DNA of 64,000 bases from Zancudomyces culisetae HAW-14-8 (lineage: Eukaryota; Fungi; Kickxellomycota), in contig JBNJNM010000024.1 of the NCBI GenBank assembly GCA_052426225.1, positions 1-64,000 of the forward strand, written 5' to 3'. A program made the translations under genes and the position numbers. Each line of letters opens with the position of its first letter. Positions within the stretch are counted from its first letter, which is position 1. The notes under the pieces are model-generated. The model saw only the letters and a list, made by a program, of their open reading frames with translations, was not told where the DNA came from and searched no databases. This document shows, in pieces, positions 27,539-39,258 of this stretch.

Positions 27539-27623
27539 ATTTGATTTAATTTGTAATTAGTCAATCACAATTAAAAAATATCTAAATTTTATAAATAAAA
27601 ATCCTTAATAGTATTCAGAGACA

Positions 27624-29717
27624 ATGGATAAAGAAACAATGAAAATTTTTATCTATAAATGGGAATATAAAAATAATTGGATATATGGATACGGTATCGC
27701 TAATAAAGATAAAGATAATGTTTATATAATTATAAAAGATTTTTATCCCACTGTAGAAGTGAAAGGTTGCAATTTAAGAAAAAAATCTCTTATAATGTCA
27801 AAAGATGTAATGGTAGATATACAAACTAGAAAACATAAGAATAGTGTACTGGAATTTCTTTATATTAAAGGTTTGAAACAATGTTGCTGGATCAAATTAA
27901 TTAATAATGATCTGGAAAATTTATCTATGCATGATATATATTATTTATCCATAGATATAATTCCCGAATTGCATATAATGAGTTTTGATATAGAAGTCTA
28001 TTCTCGCGATAGAACATTCCCAGATCCTAAGAAAAAAGAAGATTCAATTATATGCATAAGTGTCGTATCTAATAAATGCGATAATATAACATTTATTAAT
28101 ACCAATATAGATATAAAATCTACCAACATTAAATATTGCAATAGCGAAGATGAATTAATTATCAATTTTTACAATTATATAAAATCTGCAAATATATTAA
28201 TTGGTTATAATACACACGGTTTCGACTGGAGATATATAAATGCTAGACATCCACTAGATTCAAAAATGATTGAAATTACATGGAGTAGTTCTGCATACAC
28301 CAATAATGATATAAGCTACCCTAGTATAGATGGTATATTATGTGTAGATCTATATCATTACTGTAAACGTACATTTAATATAGACGATTATAGATTAAAT
28401 ACCGTTTCCAATTTTTTCAACTGCGGATATAAAGAAGATTTAAATTCTTATGAAATGTGGGATTTATGGGATAACATACATAAAAATCCAGATAAAATAT
28501 CCGATATAGTAAAATATTGCGTCAAAGATTGTCTATTGGTCATGGATATCGCAAAAAAATGTTCCATGCTGGAAAGCATCATTTCTTTATCTAATATAAC
28601 ATATACCAATGTTGAAGAATTATTTACTAGGGGGCAGCAGATAAGAATGAAAAATATGTTATATATCGAATGTAAAAAGTATAATTATCATATGGAATTT
28701 AACAAATATGATAAAGATGAATATAAAGGAGCTATAGTTGTAGAATGCAAACCAAAATTATATAAACATGCTGCATGTATGGACTTCACATCATTATATC
28801 CTTCTATTATAATTTCCGAAAATATATGCTATAGTACATGGAATGGTAAATTCTTTGATAAAACTAAATTTGGTATTATTCCCAACATGGTAAAAAAATT
28901 AGTTGATGCTAGAGTTAAATATAAAAATAATAAACCATATGCTAATGCATTAAAAATATGTGCAAATTCTGTATATGGAATTTTTGGTTCTGCTGGTGAG
29001 TTATGTTTTACACAAGCTGCATCCAGGATAACTTATATAGGTAGAATAAATCTGGAAAAATCTATAACTTTTTTAACTGATAAAGGTTTTGATGTAATAT
29101 ATGGCGATACAGATTCGTGTATATATACAAACGATGTGGAAATGAATGATGAAATGCATATAAAACTAGCTGATGAAGTTACTAATCTATTTCCAGATCC
29201 GATAAAAATGAAGTTTGAATGTAGATATAAAAAATTTCTTTCATTAGGTAAGAAAATGTATATAACATTGGATTATGATAATAATATTAAATATAAAGGA
29301 GTAGTAGCTGTTAGAAGAGATAGATGCAAATTTGCAGTTAGTATATATAAAGATATAACATATAGAGTAATGAATGATATATTGTTTAGAGATCACTGTA
29401 GAATGCTGATATCAAATATTCATACTTTAGATAAATCCGAATTTATTATAAAGAAAATATACAATGGACCTTATAAAATGGATAATTATCCATTAGAAGT
29501 ATATAATAGAAAATACGGACCATTAAAAAAAGGTGAAACATTTTTTGTATTCGTATCAACTACGGAAAATGGTAAAAATAATCTCGGAGATAAACTAAGA
29601 CCCATTGATAATACCGACCCCATTGATTATAAGTGGTATTTAAATAACATTTCTAAATCAATAGATTCGGTGATGGAAGCATCCGGTAAAGTGTTTAGAA
29701 TGGTAAACAATATATAA
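27624..29717 (+). CDS. polB: Family B DNA polymerase (copy 2)
   Basis: Identical to 1592-3685. Confidence 0.97.
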   Translation: MDKETMKIFIYKWEYKNNWIYGYGIANKDKDNVYIIIKDFYPTVEVKGCNLRKKSLIMSKDVMVDIQTRKHKNSVLEFLYIKGLKQCCWIKLINNDLENLSMHDIYYLSIDIIPELHIMSFDIEVYSRDRTFPDPKKKEDSIICISVVSNKCDNITFINTNIDIKSTNIKYCNSEDELIINFYNYIKSANILIGYNTHGFDWRYINARHPLDSKMIEITWSSSAYTNNDISYPSIDGILCVDLYHYCKRTFNIDDYRLNTVSNFFNCGYKEDLNSYEMWDLWDNIHKNPDKISDIVKYCVKDCLLVMDIAKKCSMLESIISLSNITYTNVEELFTRGQQIRMKNMLYIECKKYNYHMEFNKYDKDEYKGAIVVECKPKLYKHAACMDFTSLYPSIIISENICYSTWNGKFFDKTKFGIIPNMVKKLVDARVKYKNNKPYANALKICANSVYGIFGSAGELCFTQAASRITYIGRINLEKSITFLTDKGFDVIYGDTDSCIYTNDVEMNDEMHIKLADEVTNLFPDPIKMKFECRYKKFLSLGKKMYITLDYDNNIKYKGVVAVRRDRCKFAVSIYKDITYRVMNDILFRDHCRMLISNIHTLDKSEFIIKKIYNGPYKMDNYPLEVYNRKYGPLKKGETFFVFVSTTENGKNNLGDKLRPIDNTDPIDYKWYLNNISKSIDSVMEASGKVFRMVNNI

Positions 29718-30048
29718 TAATCCAATATTTTTAAAAGTCGAATATTACTATTTTAAATATATATTATCAATTTGTTATTTTTTATTCAACTTGAATAATT
29801 TTAATCCGAAATCATTTTTTTCGTTATAACAAATAATATCCATTGAATACTATAAAGGATAAAAAAATATTATCTTTTTATTAGGATTAAAAATATGTTT
29901 TGATTGATACTATTATCACGTATTTTTATAAATATATATTGATTAACAGTATAATATACATGCTATTAATAATATACTATTTGATTTGTAATTATTAATG
30001 GAACTAAACATATATCGAGTATATATCAAAAAATATAACATATAAATA

Positions 30049-31245
30049 ATGGATGAATCAATTTCGCCCGATAATAACAACCAAGCTTCAATATCACCTT
30101 CATCAGCCAGTAAAAGAAAACATCAGAGTCAATTTTTTGATGATAATGATACTTATATATTCGATTCTGCAAGTCATTGGTCGGATAAATACATAAAATC
30201 TGGATTAAATGTTAGATTTGCATCTATAGAATTTAATAGAAGTATAGATAGCATTCATTATAGATATTCTCTTTTCGAAAAATTCATAAATACTATCGGT
30301 ATAAAAGAATTGGATAATATAATCAAGTGTAGTTTGAATGATTATATTGAAATTGTTAAAGCAAAAAATATCATGAAGCCAGAATATATAGATGCGTTAA
30401 AAACATATACCGATATTTTGTATAAAGATGATTTTAGAACTAGGGATGAAATGAACACTATGCTTAAAGAATTCAAAATACTTGAATTTGTTTTGGATTT
30501 ATATATTTTTATGCGTGATGCATACGTTAGCGAGAATATTGTTGATTCTTATGTGGCCAAACTGCTTAGTATATTTAGATTTGCCCCAGACAATTCATTC
30601 GCTATTGGCAAATTTACCATAAATATAAATAATCATCTTTTAGAATTTTCATCTGAAATTGATATAGGAATAACTGATAGAAAGAATTATGCTAACATTG
30701 CTATAGAAAATAAAAAGTCAACTAATGTTACTAATTCGTCTACACTTATAGGGAAAGCTAGAGCTCAATTATTTGGAGAAATGTTATTGTTATATTTCAA
30801 ACGTATAGGTAAAGATGGTTTTACTTCGGAAGATTTTAAGGATGATATGATTTTTGGTATTTTATTTATGGGGTTAATACCCAGATTTTATTATATAAAA
30901 TTTACACCTGAAAATATAAAAAAAATATTAGTAAATCATAAATGTTATAAAGAATTAGAATTGTATAAAAAAAATGTTAATAAAACTAATTATGAAATAG
31001 AACGAGAAATTGAATTAAAAAATGAGTTGTATAATTTGGAAAATATATGCGTCTTGAATGAATTAGTCGTTTTCGATGATACTGATGAAATAATAGCTAA
31101 TGTCGAATGTAGACATTTTCTATATAAAATTATGGAATTATTTGGGAGGGTTGTAACATTTTATAGCTATATTAAAGATGGGAATACTGGTATACTTCCA
31201 TTGGCTACATCGTCAGAATTAATCGAATCGTCGGAAAGTATTTAA
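30049..31245 (+). CDS. Putative PD-(D/E)xK nuclease-like protein (copy 2)
   Basis: Identical to 4017-5213. Confidence 0.55.
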   Translation: MDESISPDNNNQASISPSSASKRKHQSQFFDDNDTYIFDSASHWSDKYIKSGLNVRFASIEFNRSIDSIHYRYSLFEKFINTIGIKELDNIIKCSLNDYIEIVKAKNIMKPEYIDALKTYTDILYKDDFRTRDEMNTMLKEFKILEFVLDLYIFMRDAYVSENIVDSYVAKLLSIFRFAPDNSFAIGKFTININNHLLEFSSEIDIGITDRKNYANIAIENKKSTNVTNSSTLIGKARAQLFGEMLLLYFKRIGKDGFTSEDFKDDMIFGILFMGLIPRFYYIKFTPENIKKILVNHKCYKELELYKKNVNKTNYEIEREIELKNELYNLENICVLNELVVFDDTDEIIANVECRHFLYKIMELFGRVVTFYSYIKDGNTGILPLATSSELIESSESI

Positions 31246-31386
31246 TATTTTCAACGTTTTACTATATTAAGTAGTTTTATATTTAAAATATATTCTAATA
31301 TAGCAAAATTGAAAAAATAAAAATAATACATATAACTTACAATATTTAATTATGAAAATAATGAAAGTTATTATCCCGATCAAGAA

Positions 31387-31581
31387 ATGAAACTATCTAT
31401 AAATCGTATAGATGATGGTATTGAATTTGTAGAATCTAAATATAAAGGTATGTATTTTATAAAAAATGTGATTCATAACACATATTATAATATAAATGAT
31501 GAAAATTATAGTTTCCCTATATTTATATCCAATACTAAAAATATAAAAGATGCGTTATTATTTCAGTTTATTTATTTTTAA
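31387..31581 (+). pseudogene. Inverted partial duplicate fragment (copy 2)
   Basis: Identical to 5355-5549. Confidence 0.75.
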
Positions 31582-31963
31582 TATTTTATTTGTTTTAAAG
31601 GTTGATTCATGCTTATTTATACTATCAGGATATAAATCCAAACCATTTCACAATGTAGGTTCGGCATGTGTCTATTTATACAATGATGTGAAAATGAAAC
31701 AATACGACAGTTTTGCTTTAGGAGTTAAAACTATGGGATTCTATGAAGGAAATTATCATGTCGAACTGGGAATAGGTGATTTAAACATTGATTTTTCCAA
31801 TGGCACATATAAAATAAATACCACGCCATTCTACACGTGTAAAGGTAATGGCTATAAACTTAATTTTGATTGTTATGATCTTTACTCGTCGGTATACTGC
31901 CAGACATTCTGCGATAATGCTTTTGGAGCATGCATAAATTGGTTTAATAATGAAGTTCAATAA
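31550..31963 (+). CDS. Small secreted Cys-rich protein (copy 2)
   Basis: Identical to 5518-5931. Confidence 0.6.
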   Translation: MRYYFSLFIFNILFVLKVDSCLFILSGYKSKPFHNVGSACVYLYNDVKMKQYDSFALGVKTMGFYEGNYHVELGIGDLNIDFSNGTYKINTTPFYTCKGNGYKLNFDCYDLYSSVYCQTFCDNAFGACINWFNNEVQ

Positions 31964-31989
31964 ATTAAAAATTTTAAAACTTTAAAATA

Positions 31990-32910
31990 TTAAAAATGAA
32001 TAAACTGAAATAATAACGCATCTTTTATATCATCAATATTTTTTATTTCATATGGATGCCCGAAATTAATGTCTTCTATAGCATAATATGTGTTGTATTT
32101 TATATTTTTTATATAATATGCGCTTTTATATTTAGATTCTACAAACTCAATACCGTCATCTATACGATTTATAGATAGTTTAAAATATGAATTTATATAA
32201 TATTCCTCTCTACTGATAAGATCCATAACTTTTAGATAAGTCTTTTCTTTATCATCAATATCATCTTTATAGAATTCAAAAAATATTCCAAATGGTGAGT
32301 TATAAAATTTATCATCAAATATATACACTTTTCCTATATCATTTTCATTCGGAATGTCGTCATCTATGTTTATAGTAATATAAGCAGTTTCACCCTCATG
32401 AGCTAAACGCATAAAAAATGCACCTTTATTTCGAATACTGATACCATTCATTGTTATTACATCTTGCGTGTCAGATGCAAAATTGGACAAATTATCAGTA
32501 TTTATCATATTAGACGAGTCCAGTTGTAATATAATTGCATTTTTATCGGAATATTCAAAAGTCATACTTTTATTTAAATATAGATCTCCACACTTTATTC
32601 TATATACATCACAAAATCTGTAGTCATTAAATACTTTATCCAGAATAATTATATTATCATTTAAATGATCACACGCACCCATTTTATCGTTCATCATGCA
32701 TAAATATTTATTATTATGCGCAATATACATTTTATCTCCATTTTCATTTAATAATATGCTAAATTCTTCTCCCAAAGAGTGATGTTCATTTTTTATACAG
32801 AAAATATTGTCATCGATAGATACAGATTTAAACTCACCAGGTATTATGAATTTAAAATTTGCATAATTACAAACAATACTGCTTAAAGGGTTGTATTCGT
32901 CTATATTCAT
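31990..32910 (-). CDS. Hypothetical, possible beta-trefoil protein (copy 2)
   Basis: Identical to 5958-6878. Confidence 0.5.
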   Translation of the reverse strand: MNIDEYNPLSSIVCNYANFKFIIPGEFKSVSIDDNIFCIKNEHHSLGEEFSILLNENGDKMYIAHNNKYLCMMNDKMGACDHLNDNIIILDKVFNDYRFCDVYRIKCGDLYLNKSMTFEYSDKNAIILQLDSSNMINTDNLSNFASDTQDVITMNGISIRNKGAFFMRLAHEGETAYITINIDDDIPNENDIGKVYIFDDKFYNSPFGIFFEFYKDDIDDKEKTYLKVMDLISREEYYINSYFKLSINRIDDGIEFVESKYKSAYYIKNIKYNTYYAIEDINFGHPYEIKNIDDIKDALLFQFIHF

Positions 32911-32971
32911 TTTAATATTAATTTAAATATTTTAAAATGAGTTATATATTCATATAATAATAGGTGATGCT

Positions 32972-33439
32972 TCAATGTCTCAAATCCCTTAAATATGATA
33001 TCAGATCGGTTAATTGTGTTGATGCATCAAAACTGAAAAATTGATATATATTCGTACCTTCATTATTCATAGAAAAAATTCTTACAGAACTTGGATATAT
33101 AATCATAGCTTTAGAGCAATTAAGTATTTTAAGAAAGTGCATCATTAATTTATCATCTTCATCACTATTAGATATTAAAGGCGTACATAATATAGCTATT
33201 ATATTTTTATGTATATTTATATCTTCTACATATTGTATAATATCTGATTTATGATATTTCACGGCACGCTTAGTTGATGTTATTGTTCTTCTTATATAAC
33301 CATTTGACAAATTTAAACCCGAATAATGACAGCATAAAATAGCTATACTGTTATTTTTATATTTATCAGATGAATTGAAAAATAATTCTTTCAGATTATT
33401 AATTTCTATACTAGACATTTTAAAAAATAAATATTTCAT
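32972..33439 (-). CDS. Candidate immunity protein (copy 2)
   Basis: Identical to 6940-7407. Confidence 0.5.
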   Translation of the reverse strand: MKYLFFKMSSIEINNLKELFFNSSDKYKNNSIAILCCHYSGLNLSNGYIRRTITSTKRAVKYHKSDIIQYVEDINIHKNIIAILCTPLISNSDEDDKLMMHFLKILNCSKAMIIYPSSVRIFSMNNEGTNIYQFFSFDASTQLTDLISYLRDLRH

Positions 33440-36400
33440 ATTCCTTTTTTTCTTTGCTGTATAATTACAGGCTCGTTACTAACAGGAAAAAACTCATTGA
33501 AATAATTTCTTACTCCTTGTCGTAATCCTGTTCTCACAGGAATAATAGCTGATTGCTGACATAGAGTTGGGTTGAAATTTAATAAATATACTCGAAAAGC
33601 CCCCCCGGGAGGTATAGGTCCAACGCGAGGAGATGATAAAGGATTTAATATGTCGTTTTTTTTCCAAATTCCAGTCGCATTTAAAAAATGGCGAAATTGT
33701 ATACCGTCATATGTATTTTCACTTTTATAAACGCATCTAACAGAAATATAATATTCGTCCGGATTTGTTATGTTATTCATTCCTTCACTCATACTTCCAA
33801 ATGGAAATTCATCTCTTTGATAATCTGGTATTACCATTGTTTTGTTATCACTTCGATTAATTATTCGACCGGGTAGATTAACGCACGAATGCTGATCTAG
33901 ATAAGGGTCGTCATTCTTTCGACCGTCTGGTCGACGTGTAAATGTATTATATGCAACGGGTAGTAGTTCTTGCGGGACATCTATTGCATCATCATCCCCA
34001 TTAATAAGTCTAAGTCTATTAATTTCTGTAAACACGAAATAAATATAAGCATTGCATGCTACACCTACGCTCCGACCGTGAAAGTTTACATAGTATATCG
34101 GCTCATCATCTCCATCATTATTTTCTGTTATAGTTTTCGTAAATATATTATAATCATCATCTATATTGGGATTTCTAACACAATAATTTTGCGGACTCGT
34201 AGCTTTTTTATACCAGTTAAAATAAGCTTTATGTTGTAAAATCATAGGCATATCACTTACCGGTTGAATACTATACTGATCCTGATATTTTTCCATATCA
34301 TACCCTATTAAATCATCATTTATTACAAAATCAACAGGATACTTTGAATTTGTGGGATTATTTATTAATTCTATTGTATGTTCTAAATTCGCTTGATTAC
34401 TATTAATAATTTTCATTAGATCATCGGGGATGGGAAATGTGTCTTTATTATAATTTGCTATTATCGTGGCGATAGCGAGTAAACCAAGTGAAATTGCTCC
34501 GACAACTACACCAGAAGCTAGCCCTGGTATTGATATCGCCAATAAAGCAGCTTGTAACCCACTTGTATACACTTGAACTCCAGTATAAACAAAAACACCA
34601 ATAGCTGAAGTATTTATCATTCCAACAAAGGGTTCATTTAATCCTCTCTTTTTATTATTATAATTAATGGAAGAACCAAATACGATACATCTCTTATAAT
34701 AAAAATATAATATGGCGTAGTTATTATCATTTTTAACATCTATATTAGTTATAAACTTATCCATTTTTGTAAATAATTCATCATAATCGGCTTTTGAACT
34801 TATAGAATATACTATATTGAATTTATCTTTGAATTGTTTTATATCACTATCATAAGTTAAAGATGCATTGCTTCTCCAGTATGATATTACACCTTTTATA
34901 TAATCAACCATAATATCTCTTAAATAGTTACGCGTACATGATGATGACAGTAGTGTATTGAAATCGTATATATCTGATGTGTCGCATGATATTTTATTTC
35001 CGGCATCTAGATCCTCTGCCCACGTAACAGTACCCCCCATATTGGCGAATGAGGCTAGATCATTTCTGAAGCTAATTTGTTCATCTGTAAGATAAGAAAC
35101 CCATTGATCTGTACCATATACCAGAATCTGAGATAGATCGTCATCATAATGTTTTCTTATAGTTTCGCTTTTCAGAATATCTCTAATTTCCCCCAAAGCT
35201 AAATAACCAGGTGTATTTGTACATTTACCCGGTTTTGCTTTTGATTCTATACCGGCAAATCTACAATCTGGACCGTAGCAGTTGGGATCTTCCATGCCAA
35301 AAGTTCTACCATACTTAGCAATACCTAATAAAACTTTATTGGATTTTACGCCTGCATGTGTTATCAAAGCTAGCATTTCTAAAGTTTCAGTCATATTTAC
35401 GTGCGACTTAAGATAATTACCTGTCCATAAATTGGTATAATCCCATTGTCCGTGCAAATCATAAGTCATAAATACTATATAATCTGTAAATTCCGACATT
35501 ATATCTATTATAAAATTCTTAAGATACCAATAACTAGCTGGTGCCGCTATAGATACAGTCTTACCTAATGGATAAAGTTTAATAAATAATTCATAAACAA
35601 ACAATGTATAATATATTGGATCATAAGAATCACCAATTGGAACACCTGGAATATCAGTAGCTCCTGGATATTCCCAATCTATATCTACACCATCCAGATT
35701 ATTATCGATAATAAATTTGGCCACATTTGCAGCAGATACTTCCCAATTAGCTACAGCTTTTCTAAGATTATTATATGTACCACTATCTGTACTTATACCC
35801 CAACCACCTATACTTAATATTCTCTTAATACCTCTAAGAGATTTAAAAGCTTCGAATTGCTCTCTAGCTCTGAAATCCATTTGGACATTATAATCAACAA
35901 TATCGGCAAATGCATAATGAAGATGGGTATATTGAGACCAGTCTATTTCGTCAATACGTTTGTTCAAGCATGGCCAGTTTTGATTCCATGTTTCATAATA
36001 AGCAATTTTTCTAAAATTAGAAGGGGGTTCGGACATTACGTATTCGATAACACAATTACTATAACAACCTGTAGTGCCTGGAGCGTTAGTTGTACTGTTT
36101 TTCTTTTTACAGAAGTCTTCGGTAATGCCACAATAACCCCATTCACCACAGCAAGCGTTTAAAGGACAATCGGTATTATACTTATCTCCGGGTGCTAAAG
36201 GACCACATTCTGCATTGGGATCTGGAGTTGGAATAGGAGGTTTACCAGGAGATATACATAATTTCTGACCAGGGTATAGTTTATCACACCCATCCCATTT
36301 CCATGTACTTTTATTATAATCGAATAACTGAGTTGACGAAATGCCAGCGTCATCTATAATTTTCTGACACCAATCACCAGGTTGCACTGTTATAAAATAA

Positions 36401-36885
36401 CAATTGCCATCTTTATCCGGAGTTGGATCAGGTTTTACTGTATTGCTAGCCCACGTAGCTGAACAATTATTATCATAAATAACAAAGTTTCTATCACGTT
36501 GAAGCATAGCACAATACGGACCCGTTCCTCTGTTGGCAGTGTTAGAAGCCCATGTAGCTTTATTACCATCTGCATATAATACCAGATTACCATCAGGCTG
36601 CATCACAACATCATACTTACTAGCCGAACCCGAAGTACCACTCCACCATACACCAGAATCTTTGTCGGACAAAATAAAATATCCATCACGTCTAATGTTT
36701 AGTTTATAGTTACCAAAGCTCATACTATCCCAACCAGAAGTTGATAATGAGTTGTATTGATCAACAGCTTTATATGTACCACTGTATGATACGATAGATA
36801 CGCCTAATGCCCAATCTTGACATTTGCTGCAATAACTGTTAATGTTTGGTATAAATAAAATACCAATAATAAATAACGCTAGCAT
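33436..36885 (-). CDS. GH18 chitinase / nuclease killer toxin precursor (copy 2)
   Basis: Identical to 7404-10853. Confidence 0.9.
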   Translation of the reverse strand: MLALFIIGILFIPNINSYCSKCQDWALGVSIVSYSGTYKAVDQYNSLSTSGWDSMSFGNYKLNIRRDGYFILSDKDSGVWWSGTSGSASKYDVVMQPDGNLVLYADGNKATWASNTANRGTGPYCAMLQRDRNFVIYDNNCSATWASNTVKPDPTPDKDGNCYFITVQPGDWCQKIIDDAGISSTQLFDYNKSTWKWDGCDKLYPGQKLCISPGKPPIPTPDPNAECGPLAPGDKYNTDCPLNACCGEWGYCGITEDFCKKKNSTTNAPGTTGCYSNCVIEYVMSEPPSNFRKIAYYETWNQNWPCLNKRIDEIDWSQYTHLHYAFADIVDYNVQMDFRAREQFEAFKSLRGIKRILSIGGWGISTDSGTYNNLRKAVANWEVSAANVAKFIIDNNLDGVDIDWEYPGATDIPGVPIGDSYDPIYYTLFVYELFIKLYPLGKTVSIAAPASYWYLKNFIIDIMSEFTDYIVFMTYDLHGQWDYTNLWTGNYLKSHVNMTETLEMLALITHAGVKSNKVLLGIAKYGRTFGMEDPNCYGPDCRFAGIESKAKPGKCTNTPGYLALGEIRDILKSETIRKHYDDDLSQILVYGTDQWVSYLTDEQISFRNDLASFANMGGTVTWAEDLDAGNKISCDTSDIYDFNTLLSSSCTRNYLRDIMVDYIKGVISYWRSNASLTYDSDIKQFKDKFNIVYSISSKADYDELFTKMDKFITNIDVKNDNNYAILYFYYKRCIVFGSSINYNNKKRGLNEPFVGMINTSAIGVFVYTGVQVYTSGLQAALLAISIPGLASGVVVGAISLGLLAIATIIANYNKDTFPIPDDLMKIINSNQANLEHTIELINNPTNSKYPVDFVINDDLIGYDMEKYQDQYSIQPVSDMPMILQHKAYFNWYKKATSPQNYCVRNPNIDDDYNIFTKTITENNDGDDEPIYYVNFHGRSVGVACNAYIYFVFTEINRLRLINGDDDAIDVPQELLPVAYNTFTRRPDGRKNDDPYLDQHSCVNLPGRIINRSDNKTMVIPDYQRDEFPFGSMSEGMNNITNPDEYYISVRCVYKSENTYDGIQFRHFLNATGIWKKNDILNPLSSPRVGPIPPGGAFRVYLLNFNPTLCQQSAIIPVRTGLRQGVRNYFNEFFPVSNEPVIIQQRKKGI

Positions 36886-37032
36886 ACTTATATAATATAT
36901 TTATGATATATTTATGATATATATTTTAATTAGATTAATAAAGAATCATATTTGAACATTGTCTAATAAATATAAATATTATATACCAATATAAAAATAG
37001 AATATACCAATATAAAATAGAATATAATTGAA

Positions 37033-37956
37033 ATGAGAGATATATTATTATATATTTTATTTTTATGCGGTATACATGCTGGTGATACCGTCTTCTTTCT
37101 ACTAATGAATGATATAGAGGATAATTTATCTTATCTATGTTATAGTATCAACGGGGTTAATTTATACAAGGGGGTTACAGCGGATGATAGACATGTAATC
37201 AGAAGTACATATAAAATTATAAATGATGATATGGTTACAGATCCTTTACTAGTTTTTGATAATATGGGTGATAATAAATATGCTATAAAAAACTTAAATA
37301 CTACATTTACCCATTATGGTATATTGAATGCTGATTATGAAAGTGATTGTTTATATTTCGAGGAAGAATTCTTCATACAAAAAAATGAAAATATGTTATA
37401 CCCTTCCAAAATAAATAATTCCGGATTAAATAACACACAGTGTCAGATGTCAAATAATGATTGTCTATCATGGAGTAATGATATATTGAATTTCAATGTA
37501 ACAAATATAAATGGTAAAAAATATATAAATACAGCCTCATCCGCGAGAACAAAGGTTCGTATCCATCGCGAAGCTAATAAAAATGATAAAAGAGATAAAA
37601 ATGATAAAAATGATAAAAATGATAAAAAGACTAACAGAAAAAATAATAAGCCCGCGAAAACAAAGATATATGCGAATGGCGTAAGTAGTAAAGCTGTTAA
37701 TTATAGAGAAATATTAAATAAGAAAAAAACACCAAAAATAACACCAGAAGCTAAAAATGAAGATAAATTAAATACGTATATTGACGGTGTGAATACATCA
37801 TACACGAAACCAAAACCATCACCTACATACACACGCAAACCGATGCAAACTTACAAAATAGATCCCGGTCTAAATAGAATAGATCTATTATTGGATAGAT
37901 ATAAAGATATAATCCCCGATGATATTAAAAATAAAATATCGAAAATGAGAAAATGA
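37033..37956 (+). CDS. Secreted hypothetical protein (copy 2)
   Basis: Identical to 11001-11924. Confidence 0.65.
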   Translation: MRDILLYILFLCGIHAGDTVFFLLMNDIEDNLSYLCYSINGVNLYKGVTADDRHVIRSTYKIINDDMVTDPLLVFDNMGDNKYAIKNLNTTFTHYGILNADYESDCLYFEEEFFIQKNENMLYPSKINNSGLNNTQCQMSNNDCLSWSNDILNFNVTNINGKKYINTASSARTKVRIHREANKNDKRDKNDKNDKNDKKTNRKNNKPAKTKIYANGVSSKAVNYREILNKKKTPKITPEAKNEDKLNTYIDGVNTSYTKPKPSPTYTRKPMQTYKIDPGLNRIDLLLDRYKDIIPDDIKNKISKMRK

Positions 37957-37995
37957 TTTATTTTATTTATATCGTTAATTGATAATATGCGAGAG

Positions 37996-38136
37996 TTTTA
38001 AATAGTTAGTTATTTAAATAAAAATAGTTTTAAAACTTTTTTTATATATTGTTATTTGATGATATGCTATATTCCTATATACAATATATATATTTCGATA
38101 ATATTAGTATACATATTTTTTGTTATTCGAAAAATA
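37996..38136 (-). repeat. IR-B, copy 2
   Basis: Same as 11964-12104 at +26,032. Confidence 0.95.
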
Positions 38137-38177
38137 TTATATAAAAAATAATAAAAATAGTATATACATGCCGTTGT

Positions 38178-39080
38178 TCAATATTTACTTCTTGATAATA
38201 TATATTCAATATTGACATCATTTATATCTAAATTCCTAAGCATAGCAATCAATTTAGATTTACTCAAAACTATTCTATCAGAATCTATTTCAATTTCCGA
38301 ATTAGATCTAAAGCAACCGTATGTTATTTTTTCAATGTTGATATACGCATTATCATTATCATGTATTCTACAACATATTAAACACATAGATGGTTCACTC
38401 CTATCCAATCTAAATATATTTTTACTAATTTGTTTTCCCCATTTGTATGATTGCAAACTATTATTTTTATTGGGTATTGATGATATAGAATTTTTATAAT
38501 TATATGAAAGGCTGTTATCTTTAATCGATGTAGGAAGTATAAAATATTTATATCTATCTAATAAGTTGTTATTTTTAAACATGCGAAATTTTCTATTGGA
38601 AAAATGTTTATCAGAGCCTAATGTTCTAATCAATCTATTTTTTGTATATATAGATCTATCGTATCTTTTAGATAGTATTAAATCGTTGGAAGAAGTAAGT
38701 ATATCGAATTTATTTATCATATCTTTTATATTTAATATGTTATGTATAATAAAATGTAGAGATATATGTTTGTTAGTACTGCATGTTTTTATATTTATAT
38801 CGGATATACCAAATATTTTTGTATATGTCGAAATAAAATTATTTACAATTACATCTTCACCGATGTCAATATTTTTACCATCAAAATCATATATTTCTGT
38901 CCATCTATCTTCATCAGCTATCATTTGATAATAGCAAGGATTATCTGTTTCATCTATAAGCTTTATAAGTGAATCTATACTATCTATAAATGAATATTCT
39001 TTACATCCTTTACTATTTATATCTCTAGCTATTATTATTGAATTGTTAGGTACCGATGATAGATTTTTATACCATATCAT
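38178..39080 (-). CDS. AEP primase (copy 2)
   Basis: Identical to 12146-13048. Confidence 0.85.
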   Translation of the reverse strand: MIWYKNLSSVPNNSIIIARDINSKGCKEYSFIDSIDSLIKLIDETDNPCYYQMIADEDRWTEIYDFDGKNIDIGEDVIVNNFISTYTKIFGISDINIKTCSTNKHISLHFIIHNILNIKDMINKFDILTSSNDLILSKRYDRSIYTKNRLIRTLGSDKHFSNRKFRMFKNNNLLDRYKYFILPTSIKDNSLSYNYKNSISSIPNKNNSLQSYKWGKQISKNIFRLDRSEPSMCLICCRIHDNDNAYINIEKITYGCFRSNSEIEIDSDRIVLSKSKLIAMLRNLDINDVNIEYILSRSKY

Positions 39081-39258
39081 TCTTACAAATTGATATTAAA
39101 ATATATCAGAACAATGTAATTACAGGCAAATTGAGTGTAATTTATATTTTAAAAAGTGCATTCAAATTATATAACAACAATGTATTTTTTATCGAATGAC
39201 GAATGATGCATCAGCGATAAATCGTAGCAAAAAATATTTAAACATTATATTGAATTGG